Shown here piece by piece: positions 1 to 8,107 of a DNA stretch of 36,984 nucleotides. The notes below the pieces were generated by a model, which ran no database searches, was not told where the DNA came from, and was given only the letters and a program-made list of their open reading frames with translations. The first letter of the stretch is position 1. Each line of letters begins with the position of its first letter. The translations under genes and the position numbers were made by a program. The stretch comes from a virus (lineage: Duplodnaviria; Caudoviricetes): positions 1-36,984 of IMG/VR virus record IMGVR_UViG_3300026266_000001. One strand, written 5' to 3'.

Positions 1-99
1 TTGAATGGGAAAGCTAATCCGAATACTGAAGTCCAGACTTCAGAAGTTATATCTTAGGATATAACTTACCACTCAGCTACTTAAGGTAGCTGGGTGGTA
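1..99. repeat. Terminal direct repeat, copy 1 (identical to 36886-36984); probably the assembly overlap of a circular contig
   Basis: Exact 99-nt match between the two ends. It contains the 3' end of ORF 36298-36942. A 99-nt overlap is typical of an assembler k-mer. Confidence 0.95.
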
Positions 100-103
100 T
101 TTT
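67..103 (+). terminator. Rho-independent terminator after ORF 36298-36942
   Basis: Stem TACCACTCAGCTAC / GTAGCTGGGTGGTA (one G-T pair), 5-nt loop, followed by TTTT. Confidence 0.7.
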
Positions 104-163
104 ATAGTCATCCCCATCTTTTATCTGTTGAGTTGGAACGACTTTAAAAGTGCAAACAGATAG

Positions 164-221
164 TGTGAGTAGAAGAAAACCCAATCTCCCCATTGTATAT
201 CTTCTACTCACAAATTTTTTT
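164..221 (+). promoter_or_regulatory. Terminator/attenuator-like hairpin directly before the RBS of the 234-452 gene
   Basis: Perfect 13-bp stem TGTGAGTAGAAGA (164-176) / TCTTCTACTCACA (200-212), then AA, T7 and AAGGAG. Confidence 0.5.
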
Positions 222-233
222 AAGGAGAAACTA

Positions 234-452
234 ATGGCAATAGAAATATTTAATGTATCATTTACTCTATCAAGAGATGATTCAAATGATGAAGATGACA
301 CATGGTATGATGAAGAACATATCGCTAATGAAATCAGATCATGGCTTGAAGATATAGACTATGGAGTAACTGATATTAAAATTAACAACACTGAATTTAT
401 TAAAGTAGACTGGGCTAACGCAGATGTTAACGCAGTAAAGGAGAACCAATGA
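234..452 (+). CDS. Small acidic hypothetical early protein
   Basis: ORF 150-452, restarted at ATG 234 because AAGGAG lies at 222-227. Its stop overlaps the next start (ATGA). Confidence 0.75.
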   Translation: MAIEIFNVSFTLSRDDSNDEDDTWYDEEHIANEIRSWLEDIDYGVTDIKINNTEFIKVDWANADVNAVKENQ

Positions 453-1420
453 GTAAGACAAGTAAAGTGTATGAGTTTAACACAGAAAAATTTAACTCTA
501 AGTTTTTATCTATAATAAAAGATGCTGGTAATGAGGAGGGTAAGTGGCAAAGAACATGGCAGCTTACCTTTGAAGATCAATACAAAGCATCTGGTTTAGA
601 TATAGAATTAAAAGATAATAAACTTAATAGATACAAAGGAGTTAACAATATGTTAATGAGTATGGTATCTGAAATGAATGGATATAAATCTAAATTCTGG
701 GCAACATATAAAAGCTGGATTAAGATGGGCTATGCACCTAAAGATGCAAGTAACTGTGGAATTATAACACCTATCTTTGGAGTGAACAAAGATACTGGTA
801 AAGAATATATAGTCAAATGGAAAACAGTACCCGGCTTTAATGGTGACCAAGTTAAACCAGTACATAAAGCTATTCCAAAGTGGAATGACCATGACTATGC
901 TATCTTTAATGATGAACCTAAAGTTAATGCTGTTGATATGAATAAAGATTGTGAAGAATTAATATCTAAGTTTATGAAGAAACAAAAAGCTAAACTTAAA
1001 CATCAAGGTAGTCATGCTTACTATCAATTAAGTACTGATACTATTGTAATGCCAGATGAATGGAAGTTCTTTGGTATTGATGGAGAATCAGATGCTACTC
1101 AAGAGTATCTATCTGTTATATTCCATGAGGCTGGTCATCTTACAGGCCATCCATCAAGACTTGATAGAGATATGGATTCATACCACAAATGCAAAGAGAG
1201 TAGAGCTAAAGAAGAATTAATAGCTGAGATGTGTAGTATAATGGTATGCACGGAGTTAGGTGTGATTGCTAAAGCACAACCTAATCATCTTAAATACATA
1301 GCATCATGGGATAGAGCTATTAAAGATGACAGCCAGTATCTTATTAAGTGTATTGCTCAAGCGAGTAAGGCAGCAACTTGGATATTGGATAACAAAGAAC
1401 CTAAAGTTGTTGTGAATTAA
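449..1420 (+). CDS. ardC: ArdC-like protein: N-terminal ssDNA-binding domain (DUF1738) plus zincin-like metallopeptidase
   Basis: N-terminal W..TW / YKGVN / WATYKSW pattern. C-terminal AYY...DTIVMP, HEAGHLTGHPSRLDR, EELIAE and YIASW motifs are typical of the ArdC family. Confidence 0.85.
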   Translation: MSKTSKVYEFNTEKFNSKFLSIIKDAGNEEGKWQRTWQLTFEDQYKASGLDIELKDNKLNRYKGVNNMLMSMVSEMNGYKSKFWATYKSWIKMGYAPKDASNCGIITPIFGVNKDTGKEYIVKWKTVPGFNGDQVKPVHKAIPKWNDHDYAIFNDEPKVNAVDMNKDCEELISKFMKKQKAKLKHQGSHAYYQLSTDTIVMPDEWKFFGIDGESDATQEYLSVIFHEAGHLTGHPSRLDRDMDSYHKCKESRAKEELIAEMCSIMVCTELGVIAKAQPNHLKYIASWDRAIKDDSQYLIKCIAQASKAATWILDNKEPKVVVN

Positions 1421-1456
1421 TGTGGATTATGTTAATAATATTATAAGGAGATAAAC

Positions 1457-1771
1457 ATGACTAAAGAAATACCTGATCTTAACGGATCAATGCGTAATTA
1501 TTATAGAGAACAAATACTAAAAGGCATCGAAGATCATTACAGAAATACAGATGATTTTAAAAATGGTGGCAAATTAGTTCTTGATAAAAGGGATGAGAAA
1601 CATATTAAATATGTTGTTGACCAAGTGATGTCAATGACTGGTCACGCTGAGGATGTAACTGATGAGATGAGAAAGACTATGATTACTACTACAATTAATT
1701 TTGCTGTTAATAATATAGTTCAAGACGCAGCAATACAATCATACGGAGGTACAGATGGCGATACCGACTGA
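1457..1771 (+). CDS. Hypothetical protein
   Basis: 104-aa ORF with RBS TAAGGAG. Confidence 0.8.
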   Translation: MTKEIPDLNGSMRNYYREQILKGIEDHYRNTDDFKNGGKLVLDKRDEKHIKYVVDQVMSMTGHAEDVTDEMRKTMITTTINFAVNNIVQDAAIQSYGGTDGDTD

Positions 1772-2120
1772 TATAAATGTAATTAAATTTCCTACACCTA
1801 CAAGGAAGAACGATCCATCTACATCTAAGAATACATGGACTAACACTAAAGACTATAAGATATTACATGCTTTAACTAAGAGTTTAAATACTGGTGGTAC
1901 ATTCTCAGAGATAGCAAAGTATACTGGTATTAAAGAAGTATCAATAAGCTCCAGGCTTAAAGCATTTAGAGATAAGGGATGGGTATACATTAAGTTTGAT
2001 GAATACGGTAACCCAGATAAAAGGAAAAGTATTACAAGTAATTGTAATAACACTATACATTTCCTTAGTACTGAGGGTTTACAATTAGTTAGAAGCGAGG
2101 AAGACAATGCAACACAGTAG
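1755..2120 (+). CDS. Winged-HTH DNA-binding protein
   Basis: GGTFSEIAKYTGIKEVSISSRLKAFRDKGWV winged-HTH pattern; RBS GGAGG. Confidence 0.7.
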   Translation: MAIPTDINVIKFPTPTRKNDPSTSKNTWTNTKDYKILHALTKSLNTGGTFSEIAKYTGIKEVSISSRLKAFRDKGWVYIKFDEYGNPDKRKSITSNCNNTIHFLSTEGLQLVRSEEDNATQ

Positions 2121-2283
2121 CTTAGACCTAGACTTATACGAAATTAAAAAGCGTTATCAATGGGCAAAGAAACATTTGCAAGACGCTAAGTATATGGAAC
2201 AAAAGAATTTTTTTAAGAAGGAGATTATTGCATGTGCTTTTGCAGCAGAACAAAAGCATAATGTAGATATAAGAAACATATAG
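2107..2283 (+). CDS. Hypothetical 58-aa protein (not in ORF track)
   Basis: Hand-translated MQHSSLDLDLYEIKKRYQW...DIRNI*; GAGGA upstream; overlaps the previous gene. Confidence 0.65.
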   Translation: MQHSSLDLDLYEIKKRYQWAKKHLQDAKYMEQKNFFKKEIIACAFAAEQKHNVDIRNI

Positions 2284-2286
2284 AAT

Positions 2287-2620
2287 TTATATAATGGGTG
2301 GGATTGCAATACTGATGAGCGGAGTTACAAATACTAGGATGAGTAACCAAAAATCAGACGAAGAAAATACGACATCGTAAGTATCTTCAGCGTGTCGCAC
2401 ACGAACCAGACATTATATGATAAAGTCGTGATGAGTATTACGCACAGAGGCGGTATGATAAGTGCTGAAAAAATCATATCCAAGTATCGTTAGACTGCAC
2501 ACTTGATTGAATGTAATGCAAGTCAATCAGAGTAGGTAAACCATCGCATGGTGTAACCATAACATGGGAAACCCTTAGTTAGAAAGGCCACACGAACTGC
2601 TTAGTATACTCATCACGCAC
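2287..2620 (+). ncRNA. Candidate two-domain structured non-coding RNA
   Basis: Intergenic gap with closing stems 2287-2296/2411-2420 and CGTGATGAGTAT (2427-2438) / ATACTCATCACG (2606-2617), each enclosing several hairpins. No family recognised. Confidence 0.5.
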
Positions 2621-2644
2621 CAAACAAAATCAGGAGAAGAAAGA

Positions 2645-2818
2645 ATGGCAAAAGAAAAACATTTCGTAGATGAGGCGATGGACCAGATGATGGATTCATT
2701 AGCTGAACAAGCAGAAACAGAACGACTAAGACAGATAGCAATACAAGCTGGTATCTGTATGTACTGTGGTACTGGTGCAGAGGGTGGTCATTGTGGAGAT
2801 TACAAGTGTTGGATATAA
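2645..2818 (+). CDS. 57-aa C4 zinc-finger protein (not in ORF track)
   Basis: MAKEKHFVDEAMDQMMDSLAEQAETERLRQIAIQAGICMYCGTGAEGGHCGDYKCWI*; RBS AGGAG at 2632-2636. Confidence 0.75.
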   Translation: MAKEKHFVDEAMDQMMDSLAEQAETERLRQIAIQAGICMYCGTGAEGGHCGDYKCWI

Positions 2819-2962
2819 AAAATATTATCGAGCTAACATTTTGTATACTCACATTGACTATACTTTGGCACATTTAAAATACCTTAATGTCAAGATAGTA
2901 ATTAGTATTTTATCTTAGGATAATTCCTCTAACAGATAGTTGGAGGGCATTATGTCTACTGA

Positions 2963-2991
2963 TTGAAAGCTATTAGTATGTAATTTAGTAT
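2963..2991 (+). promoter_or_regulatory. Putative sigma70 promoter
   Basis: TTGAAA-17-TAGTAT in the AT-rich gap upstream of the 3143 gene. Confidence 0.35.
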
Positions 2992-3142
2992 TCATTATAT
3001 ACACTATCACATTGAATTTGATGGGCGAACCTATGCCCATGCAAATCGTTCACGGTCGTAGGACTGTGAGGCGTATCGTTGTCACTACATCTGAACAAGA
3101 TGCTAGTGATTTTATTAATGTCATATAACAAGGAGAAATAAC

Positions 3143-3562
3143 ATGGCAAAATTTAAAGTAAGAGTAAGAGATAGGGAGTGGATAGAAGAAAGAGTTAGAC
3201 CAGCTGTTCGCAAACACATGATTAATAAAGCACTTAGCAATCCAAAGATAACAAATAAAATAAGAGATTTTAGTCTTAGAAATAAAGCTATTCAAAAAGA
3301 ATTTGATAGGGTTAATGATCTTAGGGATAAGCTACATTCTGATATTGAAAAGTTTAATGATACTATTCAAGATAAACACTTAGGTATAAGAGATTATAGA
3401 TATATATCTAATGATAGCTTTAAACTTGAATGGTTTAATCCTGAATTGTGGTCAACAGTTAAAGATACTGTTATGTTTAATGCAGAAGATAACTTATCTG
3501 TTACATCTTTAAGTAAGCTACAATCAATATCAATAGATGAGGTCATTAAAAAACTATCTTGA
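3143..3562 (+). CDS. Hypothetical protein
   Basis: 139-aa ORF with RBS AAGGAG. Confidence 0.8.
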   Translation: MAKFKVRVRDREWIEERVRPAVRKHMINKALSNPKITNKIRDFSLRNKAIQKEFDRVNDLRDKLHSDIEKFNDTIQDKHLGIRDYRYISNDSFKLEWFNPELWSTVKDTVMFNAEDNLSVTSLSKLQSISIDEVIKKLS

Positions 3563-3594
3563 TTTAAAAACGAAAGCACCTATGCTATACTGTT

Positions 3595-3882
3595 ATGGCA
3601 GATAAGAATGAATGGATAGCATCAAGGTCTAATCGTGTAGGTTACAAACCATCATGGTATTGGGAACTGATATATCAATTCAAACTAAGGAGAGAGAGTT
3701 TGAATATATCTCAATTAGAATTGGATCAACGCATGGGTAATGCTGATGGGTTGGTAGGTAAATGGGAATGTGGTATTAGAAGTCCAGGTGCTTTCAATTT
3801 AACTTCATGGGCTATGGCCCTTGACTGTGATATTAAATTGGAGACTACTAATGAAAGTATACAAACAGAAAGACCTCATTAA
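3595..3882 (+). CDS. XRE/Cro-CI family HTH regulator
   Basis: RRESLNISQLELDQRMG...VGKWECGIRSP...WAMALDC matches the XRE HTH pattern. Confidence 0.8.
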   Translation: MADKNEWIASRSNRVGYKPSWYWELIYQFKLRRESLNISQLELDQRMGNADGLVGKWECGIRSPGAFNLTSWAMALDCDIKLETTNESIQTERPH

Positions 3883-4237
3883 ACTTAAACTCATGGATGG
3901 ATTCAAATTATTCTGGGAAGCATATCCAAATGCTAGTGGAATATTTCCAGCTATGACTGCGTATGTCAATGCGATAAGGGATGATGGCGCAACAGAACAG
4001 GAGATAATAAATGGAGCAAGAGAGTACAGAAAATATGTCCAACAAAATAAAATCGAACAAAGATACATCAAGTACCCAAGTAACTGGTTACGAGAAGGAC
4101 ACTATTATAATAGATACGAAACCAATAGCACATCTGCAAACACCATTCAGCAAGGAATTGTTGACAGGGGTGCAATACAAAGCACAGATGGAAGTAAGGT
4201 CTTACAAATCCCAGAAAGAAATAAACGCAGCACTTGA
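3851..4237 (+). CDS. Phage replication initiator-like protein (FWxAYP domain)
   Basis: FKLFWEAYP...IINGAREY...YIKYPSNWL motif seen in the C-termini of phage replication proteins. Start moved to 3851 (GGAG upstream). Confidence 0.6.
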   Translation: MKVYKQKDLIKLKLMDGFKLFWEAYPNASGIFPAMTAYVNAIRDDGATEQEIINGAREYRKYVQQNKIEQRYIKYPSNWLREGHYYNRYETNSTSANTIQQGIVDRGAIQSTDGSKVLQIPERNKRST

Positions 4238-4580
4238 TGAATTGGATATAGACTTACAGTTTATGATAGATAGACTGCAACCTATTACATTAGAACAAAT
4301 GTCTGAGTGTTTGTATCTATTGTTCTTAGTTAACAAGCATGTGTTACCAGATACAGAGCAAGAGAAGAAAGACTTCTATGCTGTGTACTCTAATGAATTA
4401 AAAATATTTCCAGCTGATGCTATTCAATATGCAGTATCTAAGATGGTTAAAGAATCTGAATACCCTAGCATAAAAAATATTAGAACACATGCTAACAAGA
4501 TATACATTCCACGAGTGGAAGTGTTTGAGTTATTACAGCACGCTCATAAAAAAATTGCTGAACAATTAGAGGAGGAGTAA
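4188..4580 (+). CDS. Putative helicase loader-like replication protein
   Basis: Follows the initiator-like gene; Y...L..FPADAIQYAV......YPSI..IR pattern. Start uncertain (ORF is open from 4011). Confidence 0.45.
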   Translation: MEVRSYKSQKEINAALDELDIDLQFMIDRLQPITLEQMSECLYLLFLVNKHVLPDTEQEKKDFYAVYSNELKIFPADAIQYAVSKMVKESEYPSIKNIRTHANKIYIPRVEVFELLQHAHKKIAEQLEEE

Positions 4581-4700
4581 ATGAGTACTCAAAAGAAAGA
4601 ACTACAATACGCAGTTAAACAATACCTTAAGATTATGATGACAGCAATTCTATCTGGAATTGTATTGTTGAATGGTCTTGCATTTATCTTTGGTCTTTAA
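4581..4700 (+). CDS. 39-aa single-TM peptide (not in ORF track)
   Basis: MSTQKKELQYAVKQYLKIMMTAILSGIVLLNGLAFIFGL*; GGAGGAG upstream. Confidence 0.6.
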   Translation: MSTQKKELQYAVKQYLKIMMTAILSGIVLLNGLAFIFGL

Positions 4701-4701
4701 C

Positions 4702-4839
4702 ATGGCTAAAGATAAGAATCATAAAGGGAAGTATTCCCACACAGGCGGTAACTCAAGACCACTTAGAGATACAGTCTATTTTAAAAATGGTAAGTGGTAC
4801 AAAAAAGTAAAAGTTATGGAGGATAGAGGTGTCAATTAA
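4702..4839 (+). CDS. 45-aa basic peptide (not in ORF track)
   Basis: MAKDKNHKGKYSHTGGNSRPLRDTVYFKNGKWYKKVKVMEDRGVN* fills the gap between genes; weak RBS. Confidence 0.45.
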   Translation: MAKDKNHKGKYSHTGGNSRPLRDTVYFKNGKWYKKVKVMEDRGVN

Positions 4840-5824
4840 AATATATAAATGTGCAACCTATACTGGTACGAGAGAAGAATACTATCAGGATAAGATAAGT
4901 AGTAGTGATGCAAGAGCAATAGCTAGTGGTGACTACTATGATTTAGAAAAACTTTGGGAACAAAAGATAGAGCATATCAAAGATGATTTGTCTAATGTGT
5001 TCCCTGTTCAATTAGGATTAGCTACTGAATATTTCCATACGAGTTGGCTTAACAAACAGTTAACAAGAAACAATGTAATTGGTTACGGACATCAACATAA
5101 ACTAATGTATGAACAAGCCCATTGTGTTGTTGAGTCTGATAGTACATCTCATCCATTTACATTAGCATCTACTATTGACATAGCTTATTCAGATGTACCT
5201 ATTAATCATCCAAATGATAGTATAAAAAGTATTAGTTTAGTAGAGCTTAAACATACTGGAGAGTACAGTAACTTAGATAAAGTAATTGAGAATTACTATG
5301 CACAGTTACAGCATCACATGTATGTCTGGGGTACACATGAGATAATGATCTCAGCTATCTTTGGAAACAAAAGACAACAGCATGACATAGTTAAAAGAGA
5401 TGATAACTTTCTTGCAGACTACATGAAAAGAGCTATGGAATTAGGAGAATTAATCCATGACTATTGGCATGACGATGCAAGATTCTATGAAGATGGAGAG
5501 AAACCACGCAGAGATGAATGGTGGAAATTATCACAAGAATTAGACTGGGTTACTGGTGTGCCAATAGAAAAAGATATTGTATGTGCAAGCGGTAAGGTGT
5601 ATAATCTTAACGAATGTGCAGATTGGAATTGGGCTAAAGAATTTATTGATAAAGCAATAGAAACTTCAGTAAGCAATACTGGATTCAGTAAGTCTAAAGA
5701 GGAGAATGAACACAATAAGAATCACCTCAAGAAACTGATACCAGATGATGCCAAGTCTGTAACATTCAACGGTATTACTGCCAGCCGAAATAAAAATGGC
5801 ATAGTGTCTATTAGAATTAAATAG
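4829..5824 (+). CDS. YqaJ-like / lambda-exonuclease family recombination nuclease
   Basis: ISSSDA, G...E, STID, VELKHT and YYAQLQHHMYV PD-(D/E)xK-type motifs; GTG start with GGAGG. Confidence 0.8.
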   Translation: MSIKIYKCATYTGTREEYYQDKISSSDARAIASGDYYDLEKLWEQKIEHIKDDLSNVFPVQLGLATEYFHTSWLNKQLTRNNVIGYGHQHKLMYEQAHCVVESDSTSHPFTLASTIDIAYSDVPINHPNDSIKSISLVELKHTGEYSNLDKVIENYYAQLQHHMYVWGTHEIMISAIFGNKRQQHDIVKRDDNFLADYMKRAMELGELIHDYWHDDARFYEDGEKPRRDEWWKLSQELDWVTGVPIEKDIVCASGKVYNLNECADWNWAKEFIDKAIETSVSNTGFSKSKEENEHNKNHLKKLIPDDAKSVTFNGITASRNKNGIVSIRIK

Positions 5825-5833
5825 GAGGAACCA

Positions 5834-6232
5834 ATGGATAGAGAAGAAGCATGGGATAAGATAAAAAAACTTTGCCCAGACATAGAAAAAAGCGACAAGT
5901 TAGCTTGGCAATTAAAACAAAACAAACAATGGATATTAAGTAACCAAGCTGTGCAAAGAATCGCAGCATACAATAATATTATTGTTACCTATGGAGAACC
6001 AAAAGAAATTATGGGTAACATATATATTAAAGCTACTGCTAAGAATACTGTAACAGGATTGCAGATAGAATCCTTTGGAGAAACAAGCAGTAAGAATACA
6101 CACAACGCATACCCTCTGGCTATGGCAGAGAAAAGAGGACACGATAGAGTTGTTCTTAAATGTGTTGATGTATACTCAGACTTCTATAGTGATGTAGAAG
6201 CTGATTCATTTAAACAAGATAAGGAGGAATAA
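5834..6232 (+). CDS. Putative ssDNA-annealing protein (Rad52/Sak-like)
   Basis: Lies between the exonuclease and ssb; ESFGE...AYPLAMAEKRGHDRVVLK motif. Confidence 0.5.
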   Translation: MDREEAWDKIKKLCPDIEKSDKLAWQLKQNKQWILSNQAVQRIAAYNNIIVTYGEPKEIMGNIYIKATAKNTVTGLQIESFGETSSKNTHNAYPLAMAEKRGHDRVVLKCVDVYSDFYSDVEADSFKQDKEE

Positions 6233-6649
6233 ATGTCAGGAAGTTTAAATAAAGTAATGCTCATAGGTAGACTAGGAGCGGACCCAGAGATCAGAGATAC
6301 AAAGACAGGAGGAAGATTCGCAACCTTTAGTCTTGCAACATCCGAACGATGGAAAGACAAGAGCGGAGATCAACAGGAAAGAACCGAATGGAATAGAGTA
6401 GTAGTATTCCAAGAGGGATTGATTCCTATTATAGAACAATATGTTACGAAAGGAAGTAATGTATTTATTGAGGGTAAATTGCAGACAAGAAAGTATGAGG
6501 ACAAAGACGGAGTAGAAAAATATACTACCGAAGTTGTACTTCAAGGATTCAATTCTACATTTACCATGCTAGATTCTAAATCATCAGAGTCAGGAGCGAA
6601 GCCCACAACAGGCGGAGCGATTGACGATGACGATGGTATACCATTTTAA
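6233..6649 (+). CDS. ssb: Single-stranded DNA-binding protein
   Basis: SLNKVMLIGRLGADPEIR, TEWNRVVVF, KGSNVFIEGKLQTRKY and acidic DDDDGIPF tail; alphaproteobacterial style. Confidence 0.97.
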   Translation: MSGSLNKVMLIGRLGADPEIRDTKTGGRFATFSLATSERWKDKSGDQQERTEWNRVVVFQEGLIPIIEQYVTKGSNVFIEGKLQTRKYEDKDGVEKYTTEVVLQGFNSTFTMLDSKSSESGAKPTTGGAIDDDDGIPF

Positions 6650-6720
6650 CCTATTGATTCTCCTTTCCTAATTCGTTTGTGTATCAATAGGTTAGTATTC
6701 AAAGGCACAAGCGGATGATT

Positions 6721-6759
6721 AATAGGCACAGTAGCATTGGAGCTGTGCCTATTTTTTTT
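6721..6759 (+). terminator. Rho-independent terminator after ssb
   Basis: Stem AATAGGCACAG / CTGTGCCTATT running into a T8 tract. Confidence 0.85.
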
Positions 6760-6801
6760 GTGCGTGGATAAGGAGATAAGTAATTGCTATAAAGGAGAGC
6801 T

Positions 6802-7440
6802 ATGCAAATGAAATTCAAAAATAAAAAACTTACACATATAGTCCATAAGATTATGGAGGATTATGATTTAACTGTAGAAGAAATCAAAGGCAACCAAAGA
6901 ACCAAACAAGTAACAGAACCACGCTGGGTTATGTGGAAACTAATCAGAAAAAATTCTGGATTAAGTTACGGAGAGATAGGCAGACTGTTTAACAAAGACC
7001 ACTCTACTGTTATGAATGGTATTAAGAAAGCACCACAAGATATTGTGGATGAATACCAAAAAATATTTAACGAGATTTCTTTTGAAGAAACTCAAGATAG
7101 TCACGACCTTCTTCCACATTCTCAAAGAACAGTTGCTTTGAAGCACTTAGAGAGTATGGATCAATCACTTGCAAGATTGACTGACCATGTTGCTGTTGAT
7201 GAAAACCCTTATCTATTGCATATTGATCGTGATACTTATAACCTCTTAGTCGAACTAAAGAACTTACTTTACCATTTACTTGCTCCACTTTCTGAATCCC
7301 CCAGTTATGCTTATGACCAGCAATATACAGATCAGCATCAGAATTCCATAGACTCGCTTTCATCAGACCATGAAGATTTGAATATTGAGAGTGACCGGGA
7401 TAGTCATGTCGTGCGTCCACCGAAAGACGATATCCATTAG
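6802..7440 (+). CDS. DnaA domain IV (Bac_DnaA_C)-like HTH protein with a long C-terminal extension antisense to the neighbouring gene
   Basis: YDLTVEEIKGNQRTKQVTEPRWVMWKLIR...LSYGEIGRLFNKDHSTVMNGIKK is the DnaA signature; RBS AAAGGAG. Confidence 0.8.
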   Translation: MQMKFKNKKLTHIVHKIMEDYDLTVEEIKGNQRTKQVTEPRWVMWKLIRKNSGLSYGEIGRLFNKDHSTVMNGIKKAPQDIVDEYQKIFNEISFEETQDSHDLLPHSQRTVALKHLESMDQSLARLTDHVAVDENPYLLHIDRDTYNLLVELKNLLYHLLAPLSESPSYAYDQQYTDQHQNSIDSLSSDHEDLNIESDRDSHVVRPPKDDIH

Positions 7441-8104
7441 GGAAATTTAATCTAAACTTAACTTGCCAATCAGCAGAGATATTCTTTGGCTGTTCCATCC
7501 ATGTCATCGGATCCTTTGCACTAGGTGTCCAGTTGTCATGATTCCCGCGAATCAATATGAGTGGGTCCATGTTGTTAATCAACCATTCAATAAGTAGATA
7601 GGTTTGTGCATCAGTTGTTTCCTGACTAGGACTCATTTTGAGTGACAAGCGACCTATCCAATTATTGTGTACATCACCTATCGATGCGCCTTTGATAGCT
7701 GGATTAGATTTAATTAACTCTACATCAGAGTATAACTTCTCCCAATCACAATGGTTATCATCTATATGTGGATCACCCATCCATAGTATACCTACTGGCC
7801 CATCAATATTTACTTTAACATCTATCCAATCATGAGCATCAGTAGCTTTCTTTCTTGTACGAAATCTCTTTCGTTTATACTCAATCAATTCTTCAATAGG
7901 TAATTCCTCAGATGGTAGGTCTGGTACTTCAAACTCAGGTTCTTTAGTTAAGTCCGGTAACCTTTCTCTTGCACAATATAATCGTGCATTGAATGTAGCA
8001 TAGCTTAGACCTAATGATTTAGCAGCATCATGTCTACTCTTATGTTCGTTGTCTGCTTCTAATACTTCTAATAACTCATCGGCTGATAATGGATTGCGTG
8101 ACAT
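7067..8104 (-). CDS. Calcineurin-like metallophosphoesterase with N-terminal HTH
   Basis: GDPH, GDVHNN, GNHD, RH and GHKH motifs; N-terminal AAKSLGLSYATFNARL HTH. Confidence 0.85.
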   Translation of the reverse strand: MSRNPLSADELLEVLEADNEHKSRHDAAKSLGLSYATFNARLYCARERLPDLTKEPEFEVPDLPSEELPIEELIEYKRKRFRTRKKATDAHDWIDVKVNIDGPVGILWMGDPHIDDNHCDWEKLYSDVELIKSNPAIKGASIGDVHNNWIGRLSLKMSPSQETTDAQTYLLIEWLINNMDPLILIRGNHDNWTPSAKDPMTWMEQPKNISADWQVKFRLNFPNGYRLSVDARHDYPGHSQYSNLHGLMKASLWNSDADLYIAGHKHNWGIQKVEQVNGKVSSLVRLRGYKYHDQYAIDKGFHQQQHGQSILQVIDPYSLSASKQLFFENVEEGRDYLEFLQKKSR

Positions 8105-8107
8105 TGT

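Noticed and set aside
1-99. 99-bp terminal repeat as a biological DTR
   Set aside because: It starts inside a gene and its length matches a common assembler k-mer, so it is more simply a circular-assembly overlap.
2312-2370. CTGATGAG as a hammerhead ribozyme core
   Set aside because: I could not build stem II followed by GAAA, nor stems I and III with a cleavage triplet.
2613-2873. 86-aa - strand ORF
   Set aside because: It overlaps the better-supported + strand zinc-finger gene 2645-2818, which has a clear RBS.
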